Assembly: GCF_000002075.1 (NCBI RefSeq)
Contig: NW_004797706.1
Span: 184,845 to 247,257, forward strand
Reading direction: 5' to 3'
From: Aplysia californica
Taxonomy: Eukaryota
DNA: 62,413 nucleotides
Shown here: piece after piece, positions 48,801-62,010 of the stretch
How the letters are laid out: each line of letters opens with the position of its first letter
Numbering within the stretch: position 1 is the first letter of the stretch
The notes under the pieces: generated by a model
What the model was told of the DNA's origin: nothing
What the model saw: only the letters and a program-made list of their open reading frames with translations
Database searches by the model: none
Position numbers and translations under genes: made by a program

Positions 48801-50359
48801 ATAATAATAAATAAATAACATATTACACTTTTATTTGTCCCAGAAGGGCACTTTGGTTTACAATGGCAAACGTACATACACAAACATACATACATAATTA
48901 TAAATACATGTACGTACATACATAAATACATGCGCAAACACATACATAAGTACACACTATTCCACAAATACAGAACAGTTTACAACCATGCCATTGTCGG
49001 TCGCCACTATTCTGCACCCTGTATTTTGAGCTACGGTTGTCGTGTCTTGCTCAAGGACACACCCAGTGACCACACCTGATCCCCGTGTCAAAGACACTTG
49101 CTTGACATAATTACTTGGGTGTAAACTCACTACTTACTTAACCACTGGAGCCCTATCTTTTAATTTTAGTTATCCATAAGGATATACATATATTGATAAC
49201 TTTGGCTTGGTGTTCCTCTGATATCTTCTGTTATATAATATGTAGTTGGCCATAGAACTAGTCTTTGGTTTCCCCATATCATTAACTGGGGATGCAGCAT
49301 TGGATTAAATTTACTATTCAGATTAATTTTCCTGTTCCATGTAGCGGAGGATGCTACGATATCCTGGATCCATGTCCCTCCCATGCCATCAACGCTTTCT
49401 CCCCTTCCTTCGAAAGCATGAATGCCACAACTTCTTCACGCCTTGATGTTTTATCTGTGTAGCCAGAATATTTGACTTAATTTAAGCAGCGTTCCAGTTG
49501 GAAGTTTTTTCTGACCTTTATCCTTTATGATTCCACCTTTTATCTGAAAGTTCCAATGTATCCATGTTGTAGTTCTGACTTTTCCTTCCTTCCTACCCCC
49601 CCCCCTTCAACAACAACAACAACAAACAAACAACAACCAACAGCAGAGATGCCCCGTCACGGAGGCCCGGCGGTGGCATCTCTTCGGGGAGGATTCAGGG
49701 AGGTTGGACTGCCTCACCCGCTATCCAAGGGAGGCGGTGGCCCTGGCGAAGAGCACACTCTTCGGGGCTCCGAACANNNNNNNNNNNNNNNNNNNNNNNN
49801 NNNNNNNNNNNNNNNNNNNNNNNNNNNNNNNNNNNNNNNNNNNNNNNNNNNNNNNNNNNNNNNNNNNNNNNNNNNNNNNNNNNNNNNNNNNNNNNNNNNN
49901 NNNNNNNNNNNNNNNNNNNNNNNNNNNNNNNNNNNNNNNNNNNNNTATATTTCAAACATCGCTCTGACGTTCATGTTACTTTCTTTGATATCGTTATGAC
50001 AGAAGACTAGATTTACAACTAGACCCCTCGTTGATTCATATCTGCTTTCATCACCAGGCTTCATATTATCTCCACCAGGATGGTCGCTGTGTGTGTAGCA
50101 AGATTGGCGACTAGTTGTTTCCTTATCTTGACATTTCCGTGGTGACATAATTAAAGTGTGTCTATTCTGAGAGTGAGATGCCCTTCCTGTGTTACCATTC
50201 AGTCGCCTCTTACTACACACCAGTCCCACACCAAGCCTATTCTAATCAAAGTCGTAGACTTCACGGCAGTTGCTCGAATGTACACACATTAAAAATGATT
50301 TAGATCTACACTAGATCTAGGTCTACCAAATGAAACAACGATGGCTTTTCATCGAAAGC

Positions 50360-50776
50360 ATGCCAGTTTGTCACAGACCCAGTTTGTCACAGGCCTCGAC
50401 TGTGCCCTGCATGATGGAAGTTATCACTGACACACCCAAAAAGAGTACATGAATGATTGATTGATTGTATGAATTGGATCTTATTCAATTTTCAATTGTT
50501 TTCAACGAAAGGACATTCATTGTTGAAAGTTTAGTAATTTGCGTAATTTGCTTTGATTTGCAGACAAAAAGAAAGGAAGAAATATTGAACAACACAAGCT
50601 GAATTGAATTTTAGATGGACTACCTCTGCACCACCCGTTTAAAGGTGGAGAATTAAAACGCTTAAGTTACAACTACAGTGTTAAAGTGTTGTAATTATGA
50701 ATATCATCAATACTCAAATACTTATATAAAATTGTGACAAACTTGGCCTGTGAGTCAGCATGTGACAAACTGGGCA
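50360..50776. mobile_element. Possible MITE
   Basis: CCAGTTTGTCACA (twice) at the left end and TGTGACAAACT (twice) at the right end, in inverted orientation. Confidence 0.4.
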
Positions 50777-51018
50777 GCCCCCCTTTCATCAGTGGCAGTA
50801 CAATGTATCATTTTCTCCGCACTTCACACTTCTGTCCGTGTTCAAAAAACCCCAAAAGTGTGTCGAAACAAAACGTGTGAAAGTGACTCGGTGAAATACA
50901 GTCTAGCAAGCACATAGATCTAGCGAAATCGGCTTGAAACTACATTATGTACGAATGCCAGGCTATATCAATTTACTGGGTCACCAGTTTACACATATTA
51001 GGGTCACCATTTCACACA

Positions 51019-51019
<1 letters not shown>

Positions 51020-51087
<68 letters not shown>
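51020..51087. repeat. (TTA)n microsatellite
   Basis: Directly visible. Confidence 0.95.
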
Positions 51088-51373
51088 CCCCCCTATGCCA
51101 CACCAACATGCGTGTTGGGTTTCGTCGCTTAACGTTCTCCACTCCAGATTTTGGAATTTTCACTTTGATACTGATTTTTTAATCCACCTCTGCTAAGATC
51201 TGTATTTTTTTTTAGTTGATCAGTAAACGTTTCCACCACTTTTGCATCGCCATGGTCCATTATCTACTACATGTACAACTCGACCATGGCCTAGAACTAA
51301 CTTTGCAGATAGTCGCCAAGTTATTGCGTTGGGTGTACTCTCCGTTGAAGAGGACGCGTGATGAGTGATACAC

Positions 51374-51535
51374 CTGTCCCCGTAGTTTTATGGAAGCCAA
51401 ATTTTTTTTGGGTATAATTTCTTATTATTTTCCTTCATCATTCCATGTTAAAATTAACAGAATCGCATAATTTCACATTTTTGGGCTCAGTTTGAATAAT
51501 TTCAGATTTTTTTTTGCATAAAACCACGGGGACAG
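51374..51535. mobile_element. Short MITE with 21-bp TIRs
   Basis: CTGTCCCCGTAGTTTTATG...CATAAAACCACGGGGACAG; second copy at 52806-52988. Confidence 0.7.
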
Positions 51536-51660
51536 ACACACGTAGAAGGGGCAATACCGGTGTGTGCAGGCTAGATATCTACATCTACCTCTGCTTATCG
51601 CTCTCATGAGTCATGTCGGAAATAGACCTGTCCTTAGCCGAGGGGCTGCACAAACGTATA

Positions 51661-52012
51661 GGCGGTGGCCTAGTGGTTAGGCTCTCGGACTCGCAACCGT
51701 AAGGTTGGGGGTTCGAATCCCGTCAGGGGCCCGACGTTGTGTCCTTGGGAAAGGCACTTTGCATACATTTTCCTCACTTCACCCAGGTGGAAATGTGTAC
51801 CCGGCTATAGACAGTGAACGATCTTGTCAGTTTGATAGTGTTTGAGCGCGTGAAATCCACAGCATGCACTGTATGCTTCTTCGGAAGCCGAGAATGTTTC
51901 TGAGTGTTCTCAGAGAGTCTGCTGGGGGTAATAATAGTTGTAAAGCGCATAGAGCATACTCTTGAGCATGGAAATGCGCTATATAATATAAATGCAATTA
52001 TTATTATTATTA
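51661..52012 (+). mobile_element. tRNA-derived SINE, family 1
   Basis: A box TGGCCTAGTGG, B box GGTTCGAATCC, central GTGTCCTTGGGAAAGGCACTT domain and (ATT)n tail; several copies in the window. Confidence 0.85.
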
Positions 52013-52805
52013 AAAGAAGGGGAAAGGGGGGGGTATAGGTAATTTCAAAAGCAACTGGATAAGTTAAAGAAAGACGCTCCAATTCCTCTCGAAAAGGGCA
52101 AAATCAGCCACGATTCCCGCCAAATTAGAGTTTATTACAATACAATGTAAGTCTTAGGAAACTTGTACTTTCACAGCACTTTTTCTGGCAAAATGAAGTC
52201 TTTGAGGATGCTGACAGCGGATTGTCCAATAGAGGACTTGAACACTAACACAAAAAGGAAAGATAATTCCTTAAGAGAATGTCATCGTTAAGGATGAACC
52301 CGCCCCCCCCCCCCCCCCCCCCCCCCTTTTTTTTTTCAAACCAGAAAACTAGGAGAGATACATGTACTTGAGCTATACAATCCATAATGTGCCCTCTTCA
52401 GAAAACAAAGTTGGAGGCCTTTGATTGAAAGAACAATGTACATGTAATTTCTTTAAATAGTTCACGTCATGTTCATCGATTGCAGCTAGACGCTAAGACA
52501 ATATCTGGCTGGTGGCCGATCAAAAACTAAAAACAACAATTTAGTTATTTGATTTTCTTTTCTAAGAAGTTCAAAGAAAGTATGGAGATCGAAAATTTTT
52601 TGAAGTTTTAAGATTTGTAATCATTAAAAAGTGCTGAACAATTATAGCACATTAAAATTATTAATGTGGACACAATTTAGATATAAGCTCTATCTGTGTC
52701 ACAGTAGGCCTATTTCAATTTTGGCTCACTTTTATGCCCCCCGAAGCAACCCAAGTTGTCTTTTTCGACTGTCTATCTCGAAACTGGAGTTTATTTACCT
52801 CATAT

Positions 52806-52988
52806 CTGTTCCCGTGGTTTTATGCACCCTGCATAATTTAACAAAATTTGATCTTTTTTTTTTGCATAATTTCTTGTTATTTTCCTTTATCATTCCTTGT
52901 TAAAATTAACAGAACCGCACAATTTCTCATTTTTGGGGCTCAGTTTGCATAATTTCATAATTTTTCTTGCATAAAACGACGGGAACAG
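52806..52988. mobile_element. Short MITE with 21-bp TIRs, second copy
   Basis: CTGTTCCCGTGGTTTTATGCA and TGCATAAAACGACGGGAACAG. Confidence 0.7.
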
Positions 52989-53419
52989 TCATACTCATAA
53001 ATACGAGAGCTAAACCTCCCCCCCCCCCTTTCTATCCACCCACAAGCGAACCTTATTCTGGTTACCAATCTCCATACCTTTCAATTCCTGTTTACAACTT
53101 CCTGTTACATTGTATTTGTCATAGCTTTAGTTCCTAGTCGTCTAAAGGGTTACATGTATCTTACACCAATAAGTAGTCTGTTACAATGTTGGGTTCCAGA
53201 ACTCAAATTTAAGGATAGCTGGGATTTTCTTTCTTAGGTTTGCCTCACAATGATCATAGGGAAGATTGAGTCCAGTTTGTTTTTGTAGAGGTTTTACGGC
53301 GCTCTCTGCTCACCTCTCTAGCTTCAACTTCAACAGCACAAAGTCTGCTTCGACTATCAAGGCACCCCGGAAATAGCAGTTCACAGTGTATGACAAACAT
53401 ACAAAAGAAGTAGAGGGAA

Positions 53420-53420
<1 letters not shown>

Positions 53421-53475
<55 letters not shown>

Positions 53476-53806
53476 GCATTTGTATAGCGCATATCCCCGC
53501 TCAACAGCAGGCTCTATGCGCTTTACACTATATTATTACCCCAGCAGACCATAGAACACTCCGAAACATTCTCAGCTTCCCGGGAAGCATACAGTGCAAG
53601 CAGCTGATTAAGCGCTCAAACACTAACAAACTGACAAGATCTTTCACTGTCTATAGCCGGGTACCCATTCCCACCTGGGTGAAGTGAGGAAAATTCGTGT
53701 AAAGTGCCTTTCCCAAGGACACAACGTCGTGCCGCCCCTGACGGGATTCGAACCCACGACCTTACGGTTGCGAGTCCGAGAGCCTAACCACTAGGCCACC
53801 GACGCC
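53421..53806 (-). mobile_element. tRNA-derived SINE, family 1
   Basis: Reverse complement of 51661-52012 with a long (TAA)n tail at 53421-53472. Confidence 0.85.
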
Positions 53807-54540
53807 ACTAGTATGACAGTAGTAAGGATTAAGAATTATAAAGGCAGCGTTCCCTGTTTGAAGTTCAGGCACAGTTATGAGCATGACATTGATGAATCAG
53901 CCCATTTACAATTTTACAATTCTACTGTGCAAAAGAACAAGGTTAATGCCCCCCCCCCCCCTTTTTTTGGGAATGGCCTAAAGACACGATTGTCTGTAGC
54001 ACCGCCCCCGGGGGGACGGAGGGGGGGGGGGGATTTAGTCGAGGATCTTGCGCTCTCGAAACAGGAAGAAAAACTTGGGAGGTTGTGGGTACCCTTGCAG
54101 CACGTCTAAAGCGGCCAATATACTTCCCAAACTTGTCCCCAGTAGTAGCACGGGAGTGCCAAGTATTTTCTTTAATTCCTTGCGATATTTGTTCTATAGA
54201 CATTGATCTTTTTTTTTTACATCTTCTCTGGTATAACTTTGGTAAATTTCCTGGAATTTTTAAATCAATACACGCCGTAAGCTGCATCTTTCTTTTGTCT
54301 GTTGCAGTAATCGCCACACTTCACTTTATAGAGGGCTCATGGTAAATTTTGTAAACCTCGATACACTCCCATTGAAATACCCTGTCTTCTTCTGTATCAG
54401 ACACCCCAGACATGATGACGGTACGAAATCTGGAAGAAAAATGATTATTGCACAATTTAATTGACGGTCGCCACACACGGTCAATTAAATTGTGCAAGCA
54501 AGTAGACTTGCGATATAAGTTAATGTCAAACTGGTTTTGA

Positions 54541-54892
54541 TTAATAATAATAATAATAAATAGCATTTGTATCGCGAATTTCCCCACTCCAAAACAAGCT
54601 CTATGTGCTTTACACTTTATATTACCTCAGCAGACTAAAGAAAACTCAGAAACATTCTCAGCTACCCGGGAAGCATACAGTGCAAGCAGCTGGTTAAGCG
54701 CTCAAACACTAACAAACTGACAAGATCGTTCACTGTCTATAGCTGGGTACCCACTTTCACCTGAGTGAAGTGGGGAAAATTCGTGTAAAGTGGCTTTCCC
54801 AATGACACAACGTCGGTCCCGCGGCTCGAACCCCCGAACCCGCAACCGCACGATTACGAGTCCGGTAGCCTAACCACTAGGCCACCGACGCC
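54541..54892 (-). mobile_element. tRNA-derived SINE, family 1
   Basis: Highly similar to 53421-53806. Confidence 0.85.
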
Positions 54893-55770
54893 ACCGATTG
54901 ACTCAACACAATTGCGCAAGTCGTCAATATCGCCCAAACACGGTCAATGTAATTGTCAATTCAGAGTACTGACAAAATCAAATTGCACAATATAATTGAT
55001 CGGGTATGCTATTAATGTTAAGGAATCTTGAGTGTTACTGTTGGGTGCCAAAGAAGAGCAGGTCAATGCAAGTGTGTCGCCTGTGCTGATTTAGATGTAG
55101 TAGTATTTGTTCAAAAACTGAGTGGGGGTAGGGGGGGCTACATCTTGTTTAGGGTATTATGAGCCTGAAACGAGTTGACCGCCTTTTAGTGACCCCCGCC
55201 CCCTTCCCCACACGCCCCCACGTCATAGTCGGCAGACGTGCTAATGAGCATACAGTTGACAACTGCTAACCACAATACGAGAGTTCATTTTATTTTCTTA
55301 CTTATTTAAAAGACAATACATCCAGTTTCGTGAAATTGTAAGTCCCTTTAAATATATTATTAGAAACATTTCACCCGCCTAGGTCATTAAGATATCGATA
55401 CAAGACAAAGGCATACATTCTTTATTTTATTGTGCACCGTATTTCAAACTATCAGGTGGAATCGAAAACTTCTTTTCGCGACAAAGCTCAAGAGTAGAAA
55501 GGGCAATCGAGAAAAAGATATATTACATAACATTTTATGTATTGAACGAAACATCATGGCTACTGCTTAAAATACTTTTCTAATTCTTTAATCCCCAGAC
55601 TTGCAGATTCCGTGATACCAGCCTCAAAACCATACTGTGAATATCTTCGTAGCATCTTTTGGCGGAGGACTAGATTCGATTTCGTGACCATTACTCCCCA
55701 CCATAATTGTCTACACAAGCTGCAAACAAGATATTCTAAAACAGAAAGTTCTCACTAGATTGTGACAAAC

Positions 55771-56997
55771 ATGGCGGCACAGATCGATGAAGAAGCCAGC
55801 TTAAACGCCAACAAAGCTTTAACGGTTATTTTTATCATAGGAATTCTTGCATGCAATATTGTTCTGCTGTTCAAGTTTCTCCGGAAAGGGCGGTTACTCC
55901 GGAGTCAACGTAAATTCCTCGTTGAGTCCCTCGCACTGGGCGACATTGTGCTGGCGTTGTTCCCCTTGCTTATGGAAGCCCGTCGCTATTTTGAAGGTTA
56001 CACACTCTTGTGTTATGGAGTTCAAATTGCAAACACATTCGCAACTGCTTTCATCCCGTTTGTGTATGGAGTTAGTATCATCGTTCTCTGTAGCGAACTC
56101 TGTTTCCGGAAAAAACTTCGCTCTTTGATTTCCAGTCCTGAACTAGCGTCCTTATTAATGGCAGTGTTACCTTGGGGTATTGGAGCCATCCTGATCTTTC
56201 CCTTATTTTTGACAGGCGCTTATGGTTGGCGCTGCGATCTCAAGTCAAGTGACATGTTCAGGGCTGGCTATGTCGTTGGCATTGTTTTACCATCGATCGC
56301 GGCTGTCATCGTCGCTCTCATAACCAGAATGAGGACACCCGATGCCGTATCTGAGTATTACGAGACTCCTCAATTTCAAAGTTTCATGCTTAGTCAGGCA
56401 GTGACGACACAGCACGCACAAGTATACCCACAACAGCCATATTATAATCCAGGACCCCCACAACAGCCATATTATAACCCAGGACCCCCACAACAGCCAT
56501 ATTATAATCCAGGACCTCCAAAACAGCCATATAATCCAGGACCCCACCAACAGCAAAACGACCCAACGCTACTGCCAGCAGCAGCACAACAGCCAAGCTT
56601 CCCTGCCTCTCAGTCTCAGCCACCTTCTGCTAACGTTAGTGGTCCTCAAACCTCTGATCTCAGTCAATTCGCCCAGCCTCTACAACCGATGCCCCCTACA
56701 CAAGCTGTGTTCCAAACACCAGTGAGCTCGACACAGCCACCCTCAGATCAACAACAACAACTGTTGGCCGCGGCAGTCAGGAATGAGCAAAGTACTCTGG
56801 TCGTAGTTGCTGTTCTAAACGCTCTTTTGTCATTGCCGTTTGTCCTCTTCCTACTTGGCTACGAGCTGAACGAGGACCATGACACTCTAGATCCAATTCC
56901 TCTAATAACATTGAGATTATTATTTTCATGGGTGTTTTATCTCCGTCCCATCGTGACGCCTATTGTTTGGATAATCAAGGACAAAAATTTTGCTTGA
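55771..56997 (+). CDS. Divergent rhodopsin-class (class A)-like orphan 7TM receptor with a Pro/Gln-rich ICL3 (408 aa from the ATG)
   Basis: Seven hydrophobic segments; TM1 N, TM2 LALGD, Cys at the top of TM3 and in ECL2, TM4 W..P, TM5 P, TM6 SLP, TM7 TPIVW followed by a short helix-8-like KDKNF; uninterrupted ORF; candidate upstream acceptor CCCCAG at 55598. Confidence 0.8.
   Translation: MAAQIDEEASLNANKALTVIFIIGILACNIVLLFKFLRKGRLLRSQRKFLVESLALGDIVLALFPLLMEARRYFEGYTLLCYGVQIANTFATAFIPFVYGVSIIVLCSELCFRKKLRSLISSPELASLLMAVLPWGIGAILIFPLFLTGAYGWRCDLKSSDMFRAGYVVGIVLPSIAAVIVALITRMRTPDAVSEYYETPQFQSFMLSQAVTTQHAQVYPQQPYYNPGPPQQPYYNPGPPQQPYYNPGPPKQPYNPGPHQQQNDPTLLPAAAQQPSFPASQSQPPSANVSGPQTSDLSQFAQPLQPMPPTQAVFQTPVSSTQPPSDQQQQLLAAAVRNEQSTLVVVAVLNALLSLPFVLFLLGYELNEDHDTLDPIPLITLRLLFSWVFYLRPIVTPIVWIIKDKNFA
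56428..56544 (+). repeat. In-frame 30-bp coding repeat (PQQPYYNPGP x ~4)
   Basis: Units at 56428, 56458, 56488 and 56518 (the last is 27 nt). Confidence 0.9.
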
Positions 56998-57541
56998 AAA
57001 GAAAGAAGAGGCAGAATTCTTAACCCTATCCGTACGCCCTGGGGTCATTTTGCTAGCATCTGCGTTTGTTGCCATTTTTTTGTCCAAAAGATGCCAAAAG
57101 TTGCCACAAAAATAGCAAAAGTTGCCATAAAAGTTGCCATTTATTTTCAAGCTTTCAACTCTCTGTGACGACGTATAGCAATATGTTGATAGAGATAACT
57201 TAATCTAAAGCACCAGAATTTCTTGTGCTCTGTTTTAAGCATCCAGAATAATATTTGGAGCCACACGGAGTGTAAAAAACTTTTTAAAAAATAAAGGTTT
57301 CACAACAGAATGAAATCAAAATTAGAACAGCACATTAACAGCCACAAAAACTAACCAATAATTGCGTGTTTCCACCTTTCCTAAGATTGGCCGTTTTAAC
57401 CCTAAACGTGTGTAATTCTTTTTTTTTTTTTAAGTACAGGATATTACGTGTAACTTATGGAATCACACTCAAGGGGCCTGCCAGTGTCAGTATTCGGTTT
57501 TGGTGGAGACTTGCTCTAACATAACACATTTATAATATATA

Positions 57542-58297
57542 CAGTCGTGGCCAAAAGTTTAAGACCACCCGATAGTTTTTACATTTTAGCAATAAATTGA
57601 ACATATTGTTTAGTTGTTGTTTTTTTAATGCATGCTTTAATGGTTAAATATGTTTACGATAAGCTGTTGTGGAATAGTTTTGATAAAAATTAGTTCTTTG
57701 TGTGTCCACCTTTTGCATGGATGACTGCTTGAACAGGACACGGTGTGCTAGCACGCTTGGTTGGTTTGCCAATATTCTTTTGGGGAAATTCCATGTGTCC
57801 ACACTTCCTTGATTGTACCCCTTACGGCTTTTGCTCTTGACCGCTGTTCGTTTAAGCATGAGGCAGCTATATCTGGGGGAAGTTTTTTCTGGGACGACCA
57901 CTTCTCTTCTTGTCACAATACGGTCTGTAATTTTGACAATTAACAAGAACACTGCGGATTGCGTCTTGTTGCACCCTATTTGGGATGAAATCTCACGTTG
58001 TGAGTAACTTTCACTGCTAAGAGCCTCTCTTTGGGCTCGTTGAACATCAGAAAGTGAAGATTTTTGCCATATTTTTTGTATATTTATTGATCAAGAAAAA
58101 ATACTTTCAAACACGCTCATAGCCTTCATTCAAAGTACTGACAGAATGCTCTGGGAACATTCATTCAAAGCGCATGATGCAGTAGACCAGAAATAGTGAA
58201 AATAATTTCAAAATAAAAAAGAGGAATATGCGATATTTTGAAATAATAGAGAAATTGCATTTTTTGTTGGGTGGTCTTAAACTTTTCGCCACGACAG
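57542..58297 (-). mobile_element. Internally deleted Tc1/mariner transposon
   Basis: TIR CAGTCGTGGCCAAAAGTTTAAGACCACCC preceded by TA, with its inverse at ~58269-58297; minus strand holds a frameshifted transposase N-terminus (LSDVQRAQREALSSESYSQREISSQIGCNKT...PEKTSPR). Confidence 0.8.
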
Positions 58298-58481
58298 GTA
58301 GGAGCAACATCAAATTTAATGACATTACGCAATATAAAACAAAAAAATAGAAAAACAACAAATCAGAACAGTAACAAGAAAAAAAATTTACACACCAACA
58401 AATTAAATTATTTATTTTGTTTGTTTGTTTGAGTGAAGCACATCAACACAATAACGTTCACTTACTGCTGGGGAGAAGTAG

Positions 58482-58671
58482 GTGCATATACAAGTCAACA
58501 TATTACATACACATACACAGTGCATATACAAGTCTACATATTACATACACATACACAGTGCATATACAAGTCTACATATTACATACACATACACAGTGCA
58601 TATACAAGTCTACATATTACATACACATACACAGTGCATATACAAGTCTACATATTACATACACATACAGT
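58482..58671. repeat. 38-bp minisatellite (5 units)
   Basis: GTGCATATACAAGTCTACATATTACATACACATACACA in tandem. Confidence 0.9.
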
Positions 58672-58983
58672 GGCTTAAAAAAGAAACTTGAAAAATGCAT
58701 TCACCCAGTGATTGTGGTGCTTCCCACTTATGCAGCCTACTAATTATTATGATATAAAGCTAAATAAGTTCTGCATTAGATGTGACACATGATAACCTTT
58801 CCTTCAGAATTGTCCGGGATATTGTCACTCAAAATTTGCCTTACAGATTGATCATACTTGGCAAAATTGTGTGAAATCAAAGTAATGTACGCGTGTGTTC
58901 GCGCTTGTTGTACTGGAGAGGTACATTTGTATCTACATTGATGGAATGGACACATGTGTTGCATATCATTTTGGGGGGGGGGG

Positions 58984-59493
58984 GTAAGTGTTTTACAGCG
59001 CTCGCAACTGCATAAGGTCATATGAGCCCGCGGGGCACACCTAATACTTTTAGTTGGTAGGAAATTTTGAATTTTGCCCGGGTGGCGGCCGAAGCCTACT
59101 CTTACCGATTTTAGACCACCAAGGGATCTTTAACGTGCGCAGCTTGCACACGGGCCCTCCGAGATTTTTCGACCTTGTCCGAGAAGGCTAGGTGTAGATC
59201 TTTCCTACCAGAAGATCAGGGGTGTGGCAGAAAGACAGCCGTAAGAAGGAGTCAAGGAGTAGCAGTAGAAAGGCTGCAGAAAGAGTCAGGAGCTCAGATG
59301 AGGGGACAAAGGAGGTGAGGGGGTGGGGGAGAAAGAGGAGACGAAAGCAGACAATAGAATATTGCTAGAGAGCAGGAAAGGAGGTGAAAGGAGACAATTT
59401 TAGAGAAGAACATTTTTTGGTCGCCACCCGGATTCGAATCCGGGACCTTTGAATGAGAGGCCAACACCTTAACCTCTAGGCCACGAGAGCCCC
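58984..59493 (-). mobile_element. tRNA-derived SINE, family 2
   Basis: tRNA-like head with A/B boxes on the minus strand and a GCACGTTAAAGATCCC internal motif; matches 23588-24192. Confidence 0.8.
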
Positions 59494-61427
59494 TGTTGCA
59501 TATCAGATGAGTAGGGTATATTACATCTCTGCAATGAACAGAATCAATGCCATTCAAAATTTGCACAGCAGTTTGTATCAATTTTGTATTAAAATCATAT
59601 ATTTTTCCTCAATAATTGAGGCTTTAAAACTTTTTTTCATAAATTTATATAAAAATATAATACTATGAATCTTCGCAACGCAAAAAAATGGGATTGTTCA
59701 CAGCACTTCCCACTTCTCACACACATTTTGTATACATGCCGTAGAAGCGTAGGATAAGAAATGATTTGTCACGCGATATATTTCAATTTCTAGATCTATA
59801 AAGACTTTGAAGGCTTAAAAACAAATACAATAAAAAGAACTGTCCTTTCTATTGCTGGGCCTCACCAAGTAAAGGAACAAAATAAAAGAAGTAAACACGG
59901 AACAAACCAACGTTGTAACTGCCGTGTGTTCCTACGTTTAATGATTTGATTGAGTAGGTGTTTTACAGCACTATTGACTCAATTCTTACATTCAATAAAA
60001 GGTGAGAATAATATATATTTAATTTGTTATAAGGTCGTGGGGTGTCGAATAAAGTCAATAATGTACGCTTTTCATTCTCGCGTTGTTTTTTAGATTTTAG
60101 CTTCCTCCATAATTAATTATTCCTCCGTCCTCCTCTGCTTTGTGCGTGAGCGTTTTTATTCAGAACACTGTCCATATACATGTATACTGAACGCCATTAA
60201 AAACGCAACACTTCGTTCGCATAGTCTGAAAAATTGTATAGGTTTAACGCCCCTATCAACACTATTAGGTTATTTAAGGGGCGGTCGCATAGCCTGAACA
60301 CGTTTGCATCAAATGAATATATAGATTAAAAGAAGTGTTGGGTTTTTTTAGTTTACTCAATTTCCAACAAATCATCATTCATCGACAGAGGAGACGTATA
60401 TTATGTAATGGGTTACCTCAGCTTTTCGGACACTGAAAAAATCCTAAGGCTTTTCATTTTTCAAGCTATTTCTTTGTTATTTGGTAAGATCATCAACCAC
60501 TACAATACAAAACTTTTGTTTACAAAAACCTGCATATTTCAATTAGTTTTGTTTTAGAAGCTTATTTTGTATGCTGTATCAGAAAAAAAGGCGAACGTAT
60601 AGGGGGGGGGGGGTATTTTTTTTTAATCCAAAAACGAAAACAAAAACTATGCTCATATTATGATGTAGACAAAATGTGGCAATATGGTTGCGAAGACACC
60701 ATGCGAAATTTGAACCATTTTAGTAATAAAATGTGGAAGCCTCAGTATCTGTAGTACTAACATCTTACGAAATGAGAAAGTTTACGTAATCCGTCAAAAT
60801 AGTGCGAAAGAAAAGCAAGCTTCACATAATATTCGACTTGGTTGCCTTGAAATAGTGAAATAATTGTTCGACTATCCATTCAAATCCCTATCAATAACCC
60901 TCAATTACATCGAAGACAATTATATATAACAGCAATTAAACGTAGCAGAATATGGTAAATTTAAAAAAAGAGCCCAACTTTTGTTGCTTCGGGCGACTCA
61001 TGTCATAAGGCTAATAAAATTAGTTGTTGTTTTTTTTAATTTAAACCCAAAAAAAAAATATTTTTAGGGGGTATTCTAGGGGGGGGGGATAGGATAGTTT
61101 TTGCAGTTGTTGTTTGTGACCTTTTTTGTCTATTTGGGGGGGGGGGTTGTGGATTTTTTTAGGGTAAGAGGTTTGGGGTTTCTTGTGTGNNNNNNNNNNN
61201 NNNNNNNNNNNNNNNNNNNNNNNNNNNNNNNNNNNNNNNNNNNNNNNNNNNNNNNNNNNNNNNNNNNNNNNNNNNNNNNNNNNNNNNNNNNNNNNNNNNN
61301 NNNNNNNNNNNNNNNNNNNNNNNNNNNNNNNNNNNTCCCAACTATATTTGGTTCCACGTTCAGGGCATGGGTTACATTTCTATACATGTATTGATTCCGT
61401 CATCAACGGCTGGATTTATCTGAATGT

Positions 61428-61749
61428 TAGTGCTGGGCGGCTAGGTTCCCGATGATTGAAAACTAGGAATCGTAGGAATCGACTCCGATCCCAATTACTT
61501 ACTTTCTAATGGTGTGATTTCTTCCGGTGGTTCCCGTGTTGGCTCCGAACATCTTCAGGATTTAGGATAACCTTGATTTCGGAAAACTCAGAAGCATTAA
61601 CTTTTATTGTTCAAAAATAAATTCTTTTTAAAAAGAAGATTTCAATGATTAAAGTTACTGGTAGCCGTTGAGTCTCGTGAAAGGGAACTTTTCTTCAGTT
61701 GCATTAGTCGTGGGAATCGGTTCCGGAATTGATTCCATGCCCAGCTCTA
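61428..61749. mobile_element. hAT-type non-autonomous element
   Basis: Ends TAGTGCTGGG and CCCAGCTCTA with a perfect 8-bp TSD CTGAATGT (61420-61427 and 61750-61757). Confidence 0.8.
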
Positions 61750-62010
61750 CTGAATGTATGAAACACTTTTAGACGACTCTTCAACATTTTGTCATTTCAT
61801 ACAATGACCACGGCACAAATGAGGAAGAGCAGACGTAGAGAGTAGAGTGAAACAACAAATGAGCCACTATTAAGACTTGCTGAGACTTGGTGTTTACTGG
61901 GAATTGAAGAAAACTGAATTGGCAAGGGCTTGTACATGTAACAAGATCGTGCGGCCTATCTGAGACCATTCTTCCGGGAACTGTGCAAGGGAGGAGAAGG
62001 AGATGAAGAC

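Noticed and set aside
58417-58743. His/Thr/Tyr-rich ORFs
   Set aside because: Translations of a 38-bp non-coding minisatellite.
59415-59493. tRNA gene (also heads at 51661, 53806, 54892 and 24192)
   Set aside because: The acceptor stems do not pair properly and each head is followed by a shared SINE body and tail.
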